Shown one piece after another: positions 25,553 to 36,719 of a DNA stretch of 64,000 nucleotides. The stretch's first letter is position 1. Each line of letters starts with the position of its first letter. This stretch comes from Dehalococcoidia bacterium (lineage in GTDB: Bacteria; Chloroflexota; Dehalococcoidia; GIF9; AB-539-J10). The DNA is taken from the NCBI GenBank assembly GCA_021157895.1, contig JAGGVQ010000006.1, positions 80,208 through 144,207 of the forward strand, written 5' to 3'. The position numbers were made by a program, and so were the translations under genes. Below the pieces are notes generated by a model. It was given only the letters and a program-made list of their open reading frames with translations, did no database searches and was not told where the DNA came from.

Positions 25553-26770
25553 AACTAGTTTTTCTTCTTCCTGTCTGGTTGTTATTTCGCCATTCAGCTT
25601 TGCCTTAAGTAGCAATTTGAGAGTAGTGCCTATTTTGGTTCCCGAAGGAATGCCGAACTGCTTGATATCCTCTCCGCTGAGCAGGGGCTTGACGTAGCGT
25701 AATTTATCTAAGAATAACTGGAGATGGAGAGATGGTGCAAGAGACTGAGAGCTAATTATATTGGCTTGAATAGCCAGAGGGGGCCGGCCCAACAGGATAT
25801 GGTAGATATCGCTGTTGGTTATCTGAGGATTATCCAGTAGGGGAAGTTGCTCCTTGATATCGATGGTGTCCTGCAAGATGTTCTTTAACCTGCCTGCTAT
25901 CTTGAGACGAAAAGCGAATTGGTTAAGTTGTGCTTTACTTAATTTATAGATGAGGAGGCAGAGGTAGAGCCAGGGCAAATTGTGAGATTTGTTAACCTGT
26001 CGTGCTATGTTAAATGTGTTGTTTATCCCTGCGGTATCTTCTATGGGAAGACTTATTTGTTGTAGCACCCCCAGTTCACCGAGCCTTCCGATTATCTTTT
26101 CTGGATATTGTTCCTGGAGGGTTAACAGTAATTCGTGTCTTAAACGGTCGCCGCTGATGGTGTCCAGCATAGGAATATCGCGTTGCAGCAAGTGGGCAGT
26201 CTCTGGTTCAATTTTGAAATTCAGCCTTTGTTCATAGCGGACAGCCCGCAAGATTCTGGTAGCATCATCGGTGAAACTCTGGGGATGCAGGATACGGATC
26301 AAGTTGTGTTCCAGGTCTTCTTTACCATGGTGAGGGTCGAGTAGATCTCCGTAATATTTCTGGTTGAGCTGTATTGCCATGGCGTTGATGGAAAAGTCCC
26401 TGCGGGAGAGATCAGCTTGTATTGTATTGGGAGTTACAGAGGGTAGTGCACCCGGCCTGTTGTATGTTTCGCAACGGGCAGTGGCCAAATCGAGGCTGAG
26501 TTTACCCTGGCTGATCTTGGCAGTACCGAAGCGAGAATGTATTCTTGGTTTTAGTCCTGTAGTTTCCGCAATTCGCCGTGCTAGTTTTATCGCGTCACCT
26601 TCACTTACTATGTCGAGATCAAAATTGGGATATCCCAGAAGAGTATCACGCACCACCCCCCCCACCAGATATACCGTTTGACCTAGGGATGTGGCCTCAT
26701 TGCTGATTAATTTGATCAATGCTAAGGATTGTTGGGACAGGTGCTGTTCTATTTTTGCAGCGATATTCAT
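25529..26770 (-). CDS. cca: CCA-adding enzyme / tRNA nucleotidyltransferase family protein
   Basis: YLVGGVVRDTLLGYPNFDLDIV and the RRDFSINAMA motifs. Confidence 0.8.
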   Translation of the reverse strand: MNIAAKIEQHLSQQSLALIKLISNEATSLGQTVYLVGGVVRDTLLGYPNFDLDIVSEGDAIKLARRIAETTGLKPRIHSRFGTAKISQGKLSLDLATARCETYNRPGALPSVTPNTIQADLSRRDFSINAMAIQLNQKYYGDLLDPHHGKEDLEHNLIRILHPQSFTDDATRILRAVRYEQRLNFKIEPETAHLLQRDIPMLDTISGDRLRHELLLTLQEQYPEKIIGRLGELGVLQQISLPIEDTAGINNTFNIARQVNKSHNLPWLYLCLLIYKLSKAQLNQFAFRLKIAGRLKNILQDTIDIKEQLPLLDNPQITNSDIYHILLGRPPLAIQANIISSQSLAPSLHLQLFLDKLRYVKPLLSGEDIKQFGIPSGTKIGTTLKLLLKAKLNGEITTRQEEEKLVSRLYPTR

Positions 26771-26893
26771 AGTATGTTGAGATGTTACATTGCCTTAATT
26801 TGATGTGAATATTGTATTACTATTCTATTTTTCTGTCATTGATACATGTTTTTTTTGCTGTTAGTGGGGAGAGATCCTTCTTTCTTTCCTTGC

Positions 26894-26923
26894 TTGACAT
26901 ACTTAAGCTATGATTACTAAAAT
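26894..26923 (+). promoter_or_regulatory. candidate promoter of rpsU-yqeY (TTGACA-N18-TAAAAT)
   Basis: Hexamers at 26894-26899 and 26918-26923, about 38 nt upstream of the rpsU ATG. Confidence 0.35.
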
Positions 26924-26960
26924 AGCTTGTTTTATGTAGAGAGGTAGGTGTGATGGAAAT

Positions 26961-27137
26961 ATGGCTGAGGTAAAGCTAGGATCAAATGAAAGTTTTGAAA
27001 GTTTGCTGCGCAGGTTTGGTAAGCAGGTACAGCATGAGCGTGTTTTAGCTGAAGTTCGCCGTCGTAGATTTTACCAGAAACCCAGTGACGAACGTAAGAA
27101 GAAAGAAGCAGTAAAGAAGCGGAAGAGTTCCAGGTAG
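26961..27137 (+). CDS. rpsU: 30S ribosomal protein S21 (58 aa, below the ORF-track cutoff)
   Basis: Manual translation gives MAEVKLGSNESFESLLRRFGKQVQHERVLAEVRRRRFYQKPSDERKKKEAVKKRKSSR. GAGGTAGGTG lies upstream. Confidence 0.85.
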   Translation: MAEVKLGSNESFESLLRRFGKQVQHERVLAEVRRRRFYQKPSDERKKKEAVKKRKSSR

Positions 27138-27141
27138 CCAG

Positions 27142-27591
27142 ATGACGCTGGAGAATACAATAAAGTGGGATCTGGTAGAGGCACTTAAAGGTCATGAGGG
27201 GGTTCGTGTCTCTGTATTGCGGTTGTTGTTGTCAGAAATAAAGAAGGTTTCCATTGCTCGCAAAGCAAGCTTAGATGACAGTGAAGTTGTTGATGTTATC
27301 GCGAGAGAAGTGAGACGCCACCACGAAAGTATTGAGGCCTTTAAAAGAGGGAGTCGCGGCGATCTTGTAGATCAAGAGGAGGCTGAGCTGAACATACTTG
27401 TGCAATATCTGCCGAAGCAAATGAGCCGTGAGGAAATTGAGGCTGCAGCACGTCATATAATTGCCTTGATGGGGTCTGTGGGGATGAGGGATAAAGGTCG
27501 AGTTATGTCTCAGCTTATGCCCCAACTTAGAGGCAAAGCTAACGGACAGGAAGTCAGTGATGTAGTTTCAGGACTTTTGGCCAGCATGTGA
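27142..27591 (+). CDS. yqeY: GatB/YqeY domain protein
   Basis: LK..MKA..K...SVLRLLLSEIKK-type N-terminus and the common rpsU-yqeY pairing. Confidence 0.8.
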   Translation: MTLENTIKWDLVEALKGHEGVRVSVLRLLLSEIKKVSIARKASLDDSEVVDVIAREVRRHHESIEAFKRGSRGDLVDQEEAELNILVQYLPKQMSREEIEAAARHIIALMGSVGMRDKGRVMSQLMPQLRGKANGQEVSDVVSGLLASM

Positions 27592-27622
27592 TAGTGTTGG
27601 GAGTGAGGTGATTTTTGTGGAT

Positions 27623-27657
27623 AGCGGCAGTGTGTTTTTGCTGTCGCTGTTTTATCT
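27623..27657 (+). terminator. possible intrinsic terminator after yqeY
   Basis: AGCGGCAG (27623-27630) pairs with CTGTCGCT (27641-27648), with one G-U pair, and is followed by GTTTTAT. Confidence 0.3.
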
Positions 27658-27662
27658 CTAGC

Positions 27663-28352
27663 ATGAAGTTTGGCATTATTGTTTTCCCTGGAACATGGAG
27701 TGAGCGAGATTGTTATTATTCTCTTCATGATGTGCTGGGGCAAGAAGTTGACTATCTCTGGCATAAAGAGAGTCACTTTGCCACTGATTATGATTGTATT
27801 GTTCTTCCTGGAGGATTTTCCTATGGTGATTACTTGCGTGTTGGAGCCATTGCCCGTTTCTCCCCGGTAATGAAAGCTGTGGAGAACTTTGCCCATGATG
27901 GCGGTTTGGTGATAGGGATTTGTAATGGCTTTCAGGTTTTATGTGAAGCGGGACTTCTCCCTGGAGTATTGCTTCCCAGTAACCATCTCCAGTATCGATG
28001 CCAGTGGGTTGATCTTAGAGTGGAGAACAATTCCTTGCCTTTTACCTTGAAATGTCATGCTCGCCAGTTATTGAAGATTCCCATCTCTCATTATGAAGGT
28101 AATTATTACATTGATGAGGCTGGTTTAGAGGAACTTGAGTCCCAGAGGCAAGTTGTTTTTCGGTATGCTATGCCTTCTGGAGACATAACAATTGAGGCTA
28201 ATCCCAACGGTTCTTTACATAATATTGCAGGGATTGTCAACAACCATGGCAATGTCTTGGGGATGATGCCACATCCGGAGCGAGCCTGTGAGGGGCTACT
28301 TGGCAGTTCCGATGGTAATTTTATTTGGGAGTCAATTATTGAGCATATCTAA
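27663..28352 (+). CDS. purQ: phosphoribosylformylglycinamidine synthase, glutaminase subunit
   Basis: [17 protein letters not shown], the nucleophile context GICNGFQ, and MMPHPER. Confidence 0.85.
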   Translation: MKFGIIVFPGTWSERDCYYSLHDVLGQEVDYLWHKESHFATDYDCIVLPGGFSYGDYLRVGAIARFSPVMKAVENFAHDGGLVIGICNGFQVLCEAGLLPGVLLPSNHLQYRCQWVDLRVENNSLPFTLKCHARQLLKIPISHYEGNYYIDEAGLEELESQRQVVFRYAMPSGDITIEANPNGSLHNIAGIVNNHGNVLGMMPHPERACEGLLGSSDGNFIWESIIEHI

Positions 28353-30570
28353 AGAAGATCTAGATAAAGTTGCCTTAAGTCAGAGGGAATACGAACTTAT
28401 TCTCCAAGAATTAGGACGTGAACCTACTGATGTCGAGTTAGGCATGTTGGGCTCATTGTGGAGTGAGCATTGTGGCTATAAGCATTCCAGCCCTTTACTG
28501 AAACTTTTGCCCTCCAAGGGGAAGCATGTCCTAGTTAGCCCGGGAGAGGAGAATGCTGGAGTAGTAGACATTGGCGACGGATTGGCCATAGTATTTAAGG
28601 TGGAATCTCATAATCATCCTTCAGCGGTTGAACCATATCAGGGTGCGGCTACAGGAGTAGGGGGTATTGTCCGGGATATATTTACTATGGGTGCTCGTCC
28701 GATAGCCTTGCTTAATTCCCTTCGTTTTGGGCCCTTAACTGAGCCACGTAATCGTTACCTCTTTAATGGGATTATTGGTGGGATTGCTGGGTATGGTAAT
28801 TGCTTGGGGATACCCAATATTGGAGGAGAGGTTATCTTTGCGAACTGTTATTCGGGAAATCCGCTGGTTAATGCCCTGTGTCTGGGAATTGCCAGAAAGA
28901 CTGAACTGGTGAGCTCTGGCGCCAGTGGTGAAGGTAACCTGCTGATGCTTGTAGGGTCTGATACTGGCCGTGATGGGATTTATGGTGCTTCTGGATTGGC
29001 CTCTCGCACGCTCGGAGGTGATCAGGAATTGAGACCTACGGTTCAGGTAGGGAACCCATTTTTAGAGAAGTTGTTGATTGAAGCTTGCCTTGAACTTGCG
29101 CAAACTGATTGGATTGTCGGCATGCAGGATTTGGGTGCAGCTGGTTTGACCAGCTCGGTAGTAGAATCTGCCGAGAAAGCAAATATGGGAGTAGAGATTG
29201 ATGTGTTGAAGGTTCCGCGTCGCGAGGAGAACATGACTCCTTATGAGGTGATGCTGTCAGAATCTCAAGAAAGGATGCTGGTGATTGTTAGGAAGGGGAA
29301 TGAAGATAAAGTGAAGACTTTGCTTGAGAAATGGGATCTGCGCTGCGACATAATTGGCCGAGTTACTTCTGACCACCTGGCTGTAGTTAAAGAGGGTCAT
29401 GCTGTTGTGGCTCAGTTGCCAGTGAACTTCTTGACATCGCCCCCCATGTATCGGCGACGTAGCAAGAGACCGCCATGGTTGGATCAGGTGCAATTGCTTG
29501 ATCTGGTTTCTATTCCCGATGTCAGTTCGAGGCAGTGTAATTCAGTGTTACTTCGTTTGCTGGCAGCCCCTAACATAGCCAGTAAGCAGATGGTTTATCG
29601 CCAGTATGATCACCAGGTAATGAATAATACTGTAGTTCCCCCCGGTGATGATGCCGCTGTGTTACGCATTAAGGGTTCTGGTAAGGGTATTGCCATGACC
29701 ATGGATGGTAATGGTAGGTATTGTTACCTTGATCCATATCTGGGGGGAGTGATTTCTGTAGTTGAGACTGCTCGTAATCTGGCATGTACTGGTGCTGAAC
29801 CCTTGGCTGTTACTGATTGTTTGAACTTTGGTGATCCTGACAAGGATGATGTTTATTATCAACTGAGCGATTCTATCAGGGGAATAGCGCGAGCTTGTAG
29901 GGAATTAAAGGTCCCCGTGGTTAGTGGCAATGTCAGTTTATACAATGAAGTACAGGATCAGTCTATATACCCAACCCCGGTGATAGGCATGGCAGGAATG
30001 ATTACTGACGTGACTAAACACTGCACTATGTCGTTCAAGGATGAAGGTGATCTAGTTTTTCTGCTGGGAGACATGATAGGGGATGGGCTTGGAGGCAGCG
30101 AGTATTTGGAATTAATTCATGGGTTGGTTAGAGGGAGACCTGCCATTGATCTTAATTTAGAGCGGAGAGTTCAGAGATCTTGTGTAGAAGCGATACAACG
30201 TGGACTGGTTAAATCGGCTCATGATTGTTCGGATGGAGGATTGATAGTGACTGTTGCGGAAAGTTGTATTTCGGGAGGCATTGGTTTTCGAGGGACGCGG
30301 TGGAGATTGAAAGAGAGGCGGGATTCCATGTTATTTGGAGAATTCCAATCGTGTATTCTGGTATCCATATCGCCTGATTTAACCCCAAAGCTGGAGAAGG
30401 TAGTGAAGAGGTGGCGCGTGCCGCTGGCCTACTTGGGTGAGGTAGGAGGTAGTCGATTAGTGGTGAAAGGTTATGTAAATTTATCTCTGGATAATGTGGA
30501 AGAAAAATGGCGCCATGGGATGGCAGATTTATTAGCGACAAAGTCTTCTATAGATAGGACAGAGGAATAA
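28339..30570 (+). CDS. purL: phosphoribosylformylglycinamidine synthase subunit PurL
   Basis: [38 protein letters not shown] and [21 protein letters not shown]. The likely start is TTG at 28339, after GGGAG. The ORF-track ATG at 28288 lies deep inside purQ. Confidence 0.85.
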   Translation: MSISKEDLDKVALSQREYELILQELGREPTDVELGMLGSLWSEHCGYKHSSPLLKLLPSKGKHVLVSPGEENAGVVDIGDGLAIVFKVESHNHPSAVEPYQGAATGVGGIVRDIFTMGARPIALLNSLRFGPLTEPRNRYLFNGIIGGIAGYGNCLGIPNIGGEVIFANCYSGNPLVNALCLGIARKTELVSSGASGEGNLLMLVGSDTGRDGIYGASGLASRTLGGDQELRPTVQVGNPFLEKLLIEACLELAQTDWIVGMQDLGAAGLTSSVVESAEKANMGVEIDVLKVPRREENMTPYEVMLSESQERMLVIVRKGNEDKVKTLLEKWDLRCDIIGRVTSDHLAVVKEGHAVVAQLPVNFLTSPPMYRRRSKRPPWLDQVQLLDLVSIPDVSSRQCNSVLLRLLAAPNIASKQMVYRQYDHQVMNNTVVPPGDDAAVLRIKGSGKGIAMTMDGNGRYCYLDPYLGGVISVVETARNLACTGAEPLAVTDCLNFGDPDKDDVYYQLSDSIRGIARACRELKVPVVSGNVSLYNEVQDQSIYPTPVIGMAGMITDVTKHCTMSFKDEGDLVFLLGDMIGDGLGGSEYLELIHGLVRGRPAIDLNLERRVQRSCVEAIQRGLVKSAHDCSDGGLIVTVAESCISGGIGFRGTRWRLKERRDSMLFGEFQSCILVSISPDLTPKLEKVVKRWRVPLAYLGEVGGSRLVVKGYVNLSLDNVEEKWRHGMADLLATKSSIDRTEE

Positions 30571-30571
30571 G

Positions 30572-31843
30572 GTGGCTGAGGTTTGTCCATTTCGAGGTGT
30601 GCGCTATGACCAGCAAGTAGTTGGAGATCTAGGTACAGTCGTATGTCCGCCCTATGATGTTATTACTCCCGATCAGCAAAAGTTTTACTATGACAGAAAT
30701 CCTTATAACTTAATTCGTTTAGAGTACGGAGTTCCTACGCATGACAAATATAGCGAGGCGGCCAGGATATTTAAAAAGTGGATTGATAGAGGGGTTTTTA
30801 AGTATGAGGAGTCACCAGCTTTTTATGTTCATGATTATTGTTTTATTTACCGTGGTACTAAGCGAAGCCGGCGAGAGTTGTTGGCTCGTGTGAGATTAGA
30901 GCCCTGGGGCGATGGTATCTATCCCCATGAGGAAACAGGCCCTAGGGATAAGAGTGATCGGTTGCAGTTGCTGCGAGCCTGTCAGGCTAATTTCAGCCCG
31001 TTATTTGCTCTCTACAATGACTCGAAACGGCAAATTATCCCTATCTTGTCCGATGTCTCCCATGAAACACCGATAATGCAATTTGGTGATTCTAGAGAAG
31101 GGCATGTGGTGTGGCGCATAACTGATACTGAACTCCAGCAGGAGATAAGTCATTTTTTCTCTACTCGACCAATTTATATGGCGGATGGCCATCATCGATA
31201 TGAAACGGCTCTAAACTATCAAATGGAGAGATCAAGTGCTTGTGCTACTCCTATGGAGGATAATGCTTACAACTATGTAATGATGTCTCTCGTGGAGTTT
31301 GCTGATCCTGGACTTGTTGTATTTCCTCTTCACAGACTGGTGCGTGGTTTGACTTCATCTATTTTGTGTAGACTTAAAATGCAACTGGAGGAGTTTTTTA
31401 TTGTTGATCACTGGCCATTGACCAGCGTTTTATTGGATAAATTGCAGTATGAGTTGCCTGATAGCGCCTCGTTGGCTGTGTTGGGGTTAGAGTCTAGTTA
31501 TCTGTTGGTGTTGAGGCGCCGCCAGGATGTTTCCTTGCAGAGTATGATGCCGGATAATCGCTCTCAAGCTTATCAGGATCTTAATATTAGCCTGCTTAAC
31601 CATGTTATCTTAGAGAAAACGCTTGGGTTTTCACAAAATAGTAAAGATGTCACCTGTACTGCAGATATATCTGAAGTTTACCGGCGCATCAATGATAGGG
31701 AATATCAGCTGGCCTTTTTGCTGAGCTCACCGAGCCTGGAAACTATTAAGACAATCACCGGAACAAAGGAAAAAATGCCACGTAAGTCAACATATTTCTA
31801 TCCCAAGCTGCTATCAGGATTAGTTGTTCACTCATTAGGCTAA
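30572..31843 (+). CDS. DUF1015 family protein
   Basis: N-terminus VCPFRGVRYD...VVCPPYDVI, and YMADGHHRYETAL is typical of DUF1015. GTG start. Confidence 0.75.
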   Translation: MAEVCPFRGVRYDQQVVGDLGTVVCPPYDVITPDQQKFYYDRNPYNLIRLEYGVPTHDKYSEAARIFKKWIDRGVFKYEESPAFYVHDYCFIYRGTKRSRRELLARVRLEPWGDGIYPHEETGPRDKSDRLQLLRACQANFSPLFALYNDSKRQIIPILSDVSHETPIMQFGDSREGHVVWRITDTELQQEISHFFSTRPIYMADGHHRYETALNYQMERSSACATPMEDNAYNYVMMSLVEFADPGLVVFPLHRLVRGLTSSILCRLKMQLEEFFIVDHWPLTSVLLDKLQYELPDSASLAVLGLESSYLLVLRRRQDVSLQSMMPDNRSQAYQDLNISLLNHVILEKTLGFSQNSKDVTCTADISEVYRRINDREYQLAFLLSSPSLETIKTITGTKEKMPRKSTYFYPKLLSGLVVHSLG

Positions 31844-33402
31844 AGTTTCACTGTTTTGGCAGAGTAAACTTCAGGTAAAGCAGCAACTTCCTGATTCTGT
31901 TCCTCAGTAAGTGCTTCATCCAAGGCCAGAATTGCAAGTGCTGATCCTCTGAGTTGTAACCGACTCAAGTGCATGGCGCTGATGTTTACATTGGCCTTGC
32001 CCGTGATGTTTCCGATGGCACCAATGAGGCCAGGGTGATCATGGTGATAACAAAGCAGGAAGTATCCTCCAGTGGGTATGATATCTATCCAGAAATTATT
32101 TATTTGGACAATATGGGTAGTGTTATCCCTGATAGTGCTTGATATTGTAGTCGCCCCGGAATCAGTAGTGACCTGCAGTGTGAGTAAATTGGCATAGTTG
32201 GAATAAGTCTCCTCTTTTTCTTCACTAATCTTCAAACCCCGTTGGCTAGCGATAAGATTGGCATTGACCATGTTAATTCGCTCTTCAATTCCACCCTGCA
32301 AAAATCCGCTTATAGCTGCTGTTTTTATAGGACCACAATCGTATTTTGTCATCTCGCCGCTGTATTTGATGTGTACTGAGTGAACCTGACCCTCCATTAG
32401 TTGACTGGCAAGATTGCCTGTTGCTAGTGCGGCTCTGATAAATGGCATTAGTTCAGGAGATATGTGAGGGGCATTGATGGTGTACTTGCTGGGTTTGCCT
32501 TGGAGCACTGCTATCACTTGCTCAGCAACATCTATTGCAGCTCCTGCCTGAGCTTCCACAGTGGAAGCTCCGAGATGTGGGGTGACCACTATTTTATCTT
32601 CCTGAAATAGAGGGCTGTCCGCCAGTGGCTCACTGCGAAAAACATCAAAAGCAGCACCAGCCAGCTTTCCTTCTTGGATTGCTTTAAGCACTGCTTTCTC
32701 ATCAACCAATTTACCCCTGGCGCAGTTTATGATTCGAGCCGACGGCTTTAATTTTGCCAGCTCCTTAGGGCCGATTAAATTATCAGTGGAAGGAGTGACT
32801 GGCAGGTGGAGCGTAATGAAGTCAGATTGCGCTAGAAGCTGGTTGAAGGGGACTAGGCTTACATGGATGTTACTGGCATAGCTGGGAGATACAAAAGGGT
32901 CATAGGCGATAATATTCATTTCGAAGGATTGAGCTCGCTTTGCTACTTCTGAGCCAACATTGCCCACGCCGAGGATCCCCAAAGTTTTGCCCCTGAGCTC
33001 GACCCCTGTCAATTTCTCCCTTTGCCATAAGCCTGATTTTAACTGGCTGTTTGCTAGGGGAATATTGCGTGCTAGAGCGAGCATTAGTCCCATGGTATGT
33101 TCTGCAGCGGACACAGTGTTGGCAGTCGGCGCATTGACCACTGTTATTCCCTTTTTGGTTGCGGCATCAACATCGATGTTATCTATGCCTACTCCTGCGC
33201 GGCCGATCACTTTAAGGTTTTTACCGCAGTCGATCACCTCAAGGGGAATTTTGGTTTGACTGCGTACTATTACGGCATCACAGTCTTTGATTATTGTCTT
33301 GAGTTCGTCAAGCTGCAGCTTGAATTTTGTGATGACATCAGCATGCTGTTTGAGAAAGTCAACTCCTTTTGTAGCAATAGGATCAGCAACTAAAATTTTC
33401 AA
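31840..33402 (-). CDS. serA: D-3-phosphoglycerate dehydrogenase (long form with ASB/ACT domains)
   Basis: NAD motif GILGVGNVGSEVA, RGKLVDE and HLGAST. Length is 520 aa with a C-terminal ACT-like region. Confidence 0.9.
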   Translation of the reverse strand: MKILVADPIATKGVDFLKQHADVITKFKLQLDELKTIIKDCDAVIVRSQTKIPLEVIDCGKNLKVIGRAGVGIDNIDVDAATKKGITVVNAPTANTVSAAEHTMGLMLALARNIPLANSQLKSGLWQREKLTGVELRGKTLGILGVGNVGSEVAKRAQSFEMNIIAYDPFVSPSYASNIHVSLVPFNQLLAQSDFITLHLPVTPSTDNLIGPKELAKLKPSARIINCARGKLVDEKAVLKAIQEGKLAGAAFDVFRSEPLADSPLFQEDKIVVTPHLGASTVEAQAGAAIDVAEQVIAVLQGKPSKYTINAPHISPELMPFIRAALATGNLASQLMEGQVHSVHIKYSGEMTKYDCGPIKTAAISGFLQGGIEERINMVNANLIASQRGLKISEEKEETYSNYANLLTLQVTTDSGATTISSTIRDNTTHIVQINNFWIDIIPTGGYFLLCYHHDHPGLIGAIGNITGKANVNISAMHLSRLQLRGSALAILALDEALTEEQNQEVAALPEVYSAKTVKL

Positions 33403-34484
33403 GCTAGACTCCTCGGTAAAGCCTTAGCCAAGGCTTGTAATACTGCTTCTATATCCTTATCCGTAACCCAGCCCAGATGAGCGATGCGAATGATCTCTCC
33501 TTTTAGCTTTCCCTGCCCCCCAGCAATGGCCACATCATACTCATCTCTGAGGACTTGTACTAGCTTAGCGGCATTGAATTTCTTATCGGCTTTCACTGCT
33601 GTCACAGTGTTGGAGGCGTAGTTCTCATCGGCAAAAAGTGATAATCCCAACGTTTTGACACCCTCTCTCATCATTTGAGCTAGCCGGGCATGCCTGTTGA
33701 ATATATTGGCAAGTCCATCGTGAAGCATTAACCCCAGTGCCACATCGAGTGCGTAATATACAGAAACAACAGGGGTCCATGGAGTTTGCCCACCCCGCTT
33801 TACCAGAAAGTCCTTTGCTTTGGTGAAGTCCATGTAATAGCGTGGTATGCTGGCGTGGGCGTGAGCTTTCCATGCCTCATCGCTCATACTAACCATTGCT
33901 AGCCCTGGTGGGACCATCCATCCTTTTTGGGAAGCAGTTACTACTACGTCACAGCGCAAGTCATCTACAGGCAAGTCAATGCAGCCTAGGCTACTTACAG
34001 CGTCGACTATAAGGAGCTTCTCAAGTCCCTTAACTATAGGAGCTATTTCCTTCAGATTGTTGGTTACGCCTGTGGAGGTCTCGTTATGGGTTATTAACAC
34101 CGCTTTGATTTGTGGGTCTGCCTCCAAGGCATTGTGTATAGCTTGGGGATCGGCTGCCTTTCCCCATTCAAAGCTCAAATATTTGACTGTCACTCCAAAT
34201 TGCTTGGCGATATCAACAAAGCGGTCACCGAAAACTCCAATGGAAACGGCGAGTACTTTATCCCCAGGGGATAGTGTATTAACAATGGCTGCTTCCAAAC
34301 CACCTGTACCTGATGTTGTTAGTGTTAGGACATCTCCCTTTGTTTGGAATACCTGCTGTAATCCTGTGGTTATCGAGTTGAGAATGCCCTCGAATTCCTT
34401 GCCCCGGTGGTTGATCATCTGTTTGCTCATTGCCTGAAGAACCTCTGGTGGGCAGGGTGTTGGCCCTGGGATACGTAGCTGCAT
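33399..34484 (-). CDS. class V aminotransferase (probable phosphoserine / serine-glyoxylate aminotransferase)
   Basis: MIPGPTP-type start (LRIPGPTPCPPEV), TSGTGGLEAA and the PLP-lysine context TASQKG. It overlaps serA by 4 nt. Confidence 0.8.
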   Translation of the reverse strand: MQLRIPGPTPCPPEVLQAMSKQMINHRGKEFEGILNSITTGLQQVFQTKGDVLTLTTSGTGGLEAAIVNTLSPGDKVLAVSIGVFGDRFVDIAKQFGVTVKYLSFEWGKAADPQAIHNALEADPQIKAVLITHNETSTGVTNNLKEIAPIVKGLEKLLIVDAVSSLGCIDLPVDDLRCDVVVTASQKGWMVPPGLAMVSMSDEAWKAHAHASIPRYYMDFTKAKDFLVKRGGQTPWTPVVSVYYALDVALGLMLHDGLANIFNRHARLAQMMREGVKTLGLSLFADENYASNTVTAVKADKKFNAAKLVQVLRDEYDVAIAGGQGKLKGEIIRIAHLGWVTDKDIEAVLQALAKALPRSLA

Positions 34485-34580
34485 GATTGTTACTCCTCCT
34501 TAACCTTCCATCATTTTGGTAACATGATAAAAATTTTATATTCTTGAGTTATTAATTGTTATTGATATATGCTAACAACT

Positions 34581-35789
34581 CTACTTAATAGCTATTTTTA
34601 TAAAGTTATGCTTTCCTACTTTGAGGATACTGCCGTTGCGAACACTGATAATATTATTGTTGATCTTTATGCCATCCAGCTCAATTGCTCCCTGTGCTAT
34701 AAGCCGTCTCAACTCACTATTGCTTTTCACTATGCCTTCGCGGAGCAAAGTGGATGTAATATTAACATGATATAGCTCGTTTTGAGTATAGCTAGCGGCA
34801 AAGCTATATTCAGGAACTTCTTCAGGCAATTCTCTTCGCTGGAATATCTTAGTGAAACTTTGCTCTGCTTTATTAGCAGCTTGTTTACCGTGGAACTGGT
34901 TCACGATGTTATGAGCTAGGCGTTTTTTTATATTCATCGGGTTGACTGAGTGTGTCTTTAACTGCTTTTGGTACTCAGCAATTTCCTTGTTGGAAACATC
35001 GGTAGTTAACTTAAAGTAATCAATGATGAGAGAATCAGGGAGGGACATCACTTTCCCGTACATTTCTCTAGGTGGCTCATCAATGCCTATCTGGTTGTTC
35101 AGGCTCTTGCTCATCTTCTGGCTACCATCAGTGCCAATCAGGAGGGGGACGAGGAAAACTTGTTGTGGAGCCTGTCCCCACATTTGCTGTAAATCTCTGC
35201 CTAGGAGGCAGTTAAATTTTTGATCGATTCCACCGAATTCAATATCTGAACTGATGGCAACCGAGTCATAGCCCTGGAGCAGTGGATAGAGCAGTTCGGT
35301 TAAACAGATGGGATTTCCAGCAGTATATCGTTGATTGAAATCTTCCCTTGCAAGAAGTTGCGCTACTGTAAATTTGCTGGTCAGTTTGATGATATCGTCC
35401 AGAGAAAAATTATCATACCATTCACTTTGCCACATTACCTGGGTTTTATCTTTGTCCACTACTTTGAAGAATTGTTTCATGTAGGTCTGGGCGTTGGTTT
35501 TAATTTCTCTTGGGGTTAGCATCGGGCGAGTAATGGATTTACCGCTGGGATCTCCAATTCGCGCAGTCCAATCACCAACGATAAGGATAATCTTGTGCCC
35601 CAGTTCTTGGAACTGGCGTAATTTGCGCAGGCCAACCACATGTCCCAAATGTATATCGGGGGCACTGGGATCAAAGCCCTGTTTTAATACCAGTTGTTTT
35701 CCTGATTGTAACTGCTGTATTATTTCTCGCTCAGAAATAATCTCAGCTACGCCGCGTTTCAATATATGAGAGTATCTCTCACTGTTCAC
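34581..35789 (-). CDS. tyrS: tyrosine--tRNA ligase
   Basis: HIGH motif DIHLGH, KMSKS present, and a C-terminal S4-like domain. Confidence 0.9.
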   Translation of the reverse strand: MNSERYSHILKRGVAEIISEREIIQQLQSGKQLVLKQGFDPSAPDIHLGHVVGLRKLRQFQELGHKIILIVGDWTARIGDPSGKSITRPMLTPREIKTNAQTYMKQFFKVVDKDKTQVMWQSEWYDNFSLDDIIKLTSKFTVAQLLAREDFNQRYTAGNPICLTELLYPLLQGYDSVAISSDIEFGGIDQKFNCLLGRDLQQMWGQAPQQVFLVPLLIGTDGSQKMSKSLNNQIGIDEPPREMYGKVMSLPDSLIIDYFKLTTDVSNKEIAEYQKQLKTHSVNPMNIKKRLAHNIVNQFHGKQAANKAEQSFTKIFQRRELPEEVPEYSFAASYTQNELYHVNITSTLLREGIVKSNSELRRLIAQGAIELDGIKINNNIISVRNGSILKVGKHNFIKIAIK

Positions 35790-36715
35790 TGTGCCTTCCT
35801 TCTTTCCACTATCTTCACCTGTTCAATATCCTTCATAATTTGAATTTGTAACTCTTGTGGGGAGGCAAACTGTTTCTCATCTCTAAGTCTCTGTATGAAT
35901 GTTACCCCTAGATTTTTACCCAGTAAATTTCCTTTGTAACCGACGAGGTGAGTCTCCATCTGGATTTGACCGTCTCCAAACGTAGGTTGGGTGCCAATAT
36001 TGGTGGCGGAAGCGAATTGCTTGCCATCTACATGGGAAATGGTAGCGTAGACACCATTACATGGTAAAGCCCGATTTGGTGCCACATCTAAATTAGCGGT
36101 TGGGAATCCCAGTTTATATCCCCGTTTCTTCGCTGAGACAACTTTGCCATTGACAGTGAAAGCATGACCCATTAGCTTTTTTACTGTAGCCACATCTCCT
36201 TGGGATAGAGACTGGCGAATAGCTGTGCTGCTCACTGTTTTTCCGTCTATAGTGAATGGTGGCACGATATCTACGGTAAACCCCATTTGATTTCCCAGAG
36301 AGTGTAATAGTTCAGTGTTGCCTTCGCGTTTTCTCCCTAAACTAGAGTTGGGGCCAACTATCAACCCTCTCATCCTAAGATGCTGCTGTAGAATGTGGAC
36401 GAATTCCTTGGCACTGAGTTCTGCCAGTTTATGAGTGAAGGACAATACAGCTATTATCTTGACATTCATCTGCTGTAGTAGTTTGATTCGGTCTTCCATG
36501 GTTATTATCCATGGGGTTTGTTCCTGAGGATGCAGAATGGATTGGGGGTGGGGGTTGAAGGTGACGACGCCGCTGGTCAAAGATTTCTGCTCGGCTTGCT
36601 GAATTAGTGCCCTGAGCAAGTACTGATGCCCCAGATGTATCCCGTCAAAGACACCGACAGTAAGGAGTGTTTCACCTTCCACATGTATATTGGCTAACTC
36701 TTGTTCAATGTACAT
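35786..36715 (-). CDS. ribF: bifunctional riboflavin kinase / FAD synthetase
   Basis: GVFDGIHLGHQ..., and PTANL and GYKGNLLG in the kinase half. Confidence 0.9.
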   Translation of the reverse strand: MYIEQELANIHVEGETLLTVGVFDGIHLGHQYLLRALIQQAEQKSLTSGVVTFNPHPQSILHPQEQTPWIITMEDRIKLLQQMNVKIIAVLSFTHKLAELSAKEFVHILQQHLRMRGLIVGPNSSLGRKREGNTELLHSLGNQMGFTVDIVPPFTIDGKTVSSTAIRQSLSQGDVATVKKLMGHAFTVNGKVVSAKKRGYKLGFPTANLDVAPNRALPCNGVYATISHVDGKQFASATNIGTQPTFGDGQIQMETHLVGYKGNLLGKNLGVTFIQRLRDEKQFASPQELQIQIMKDIEQVKIVERRKAQ

Positions 36716-36719
36716 AAGG

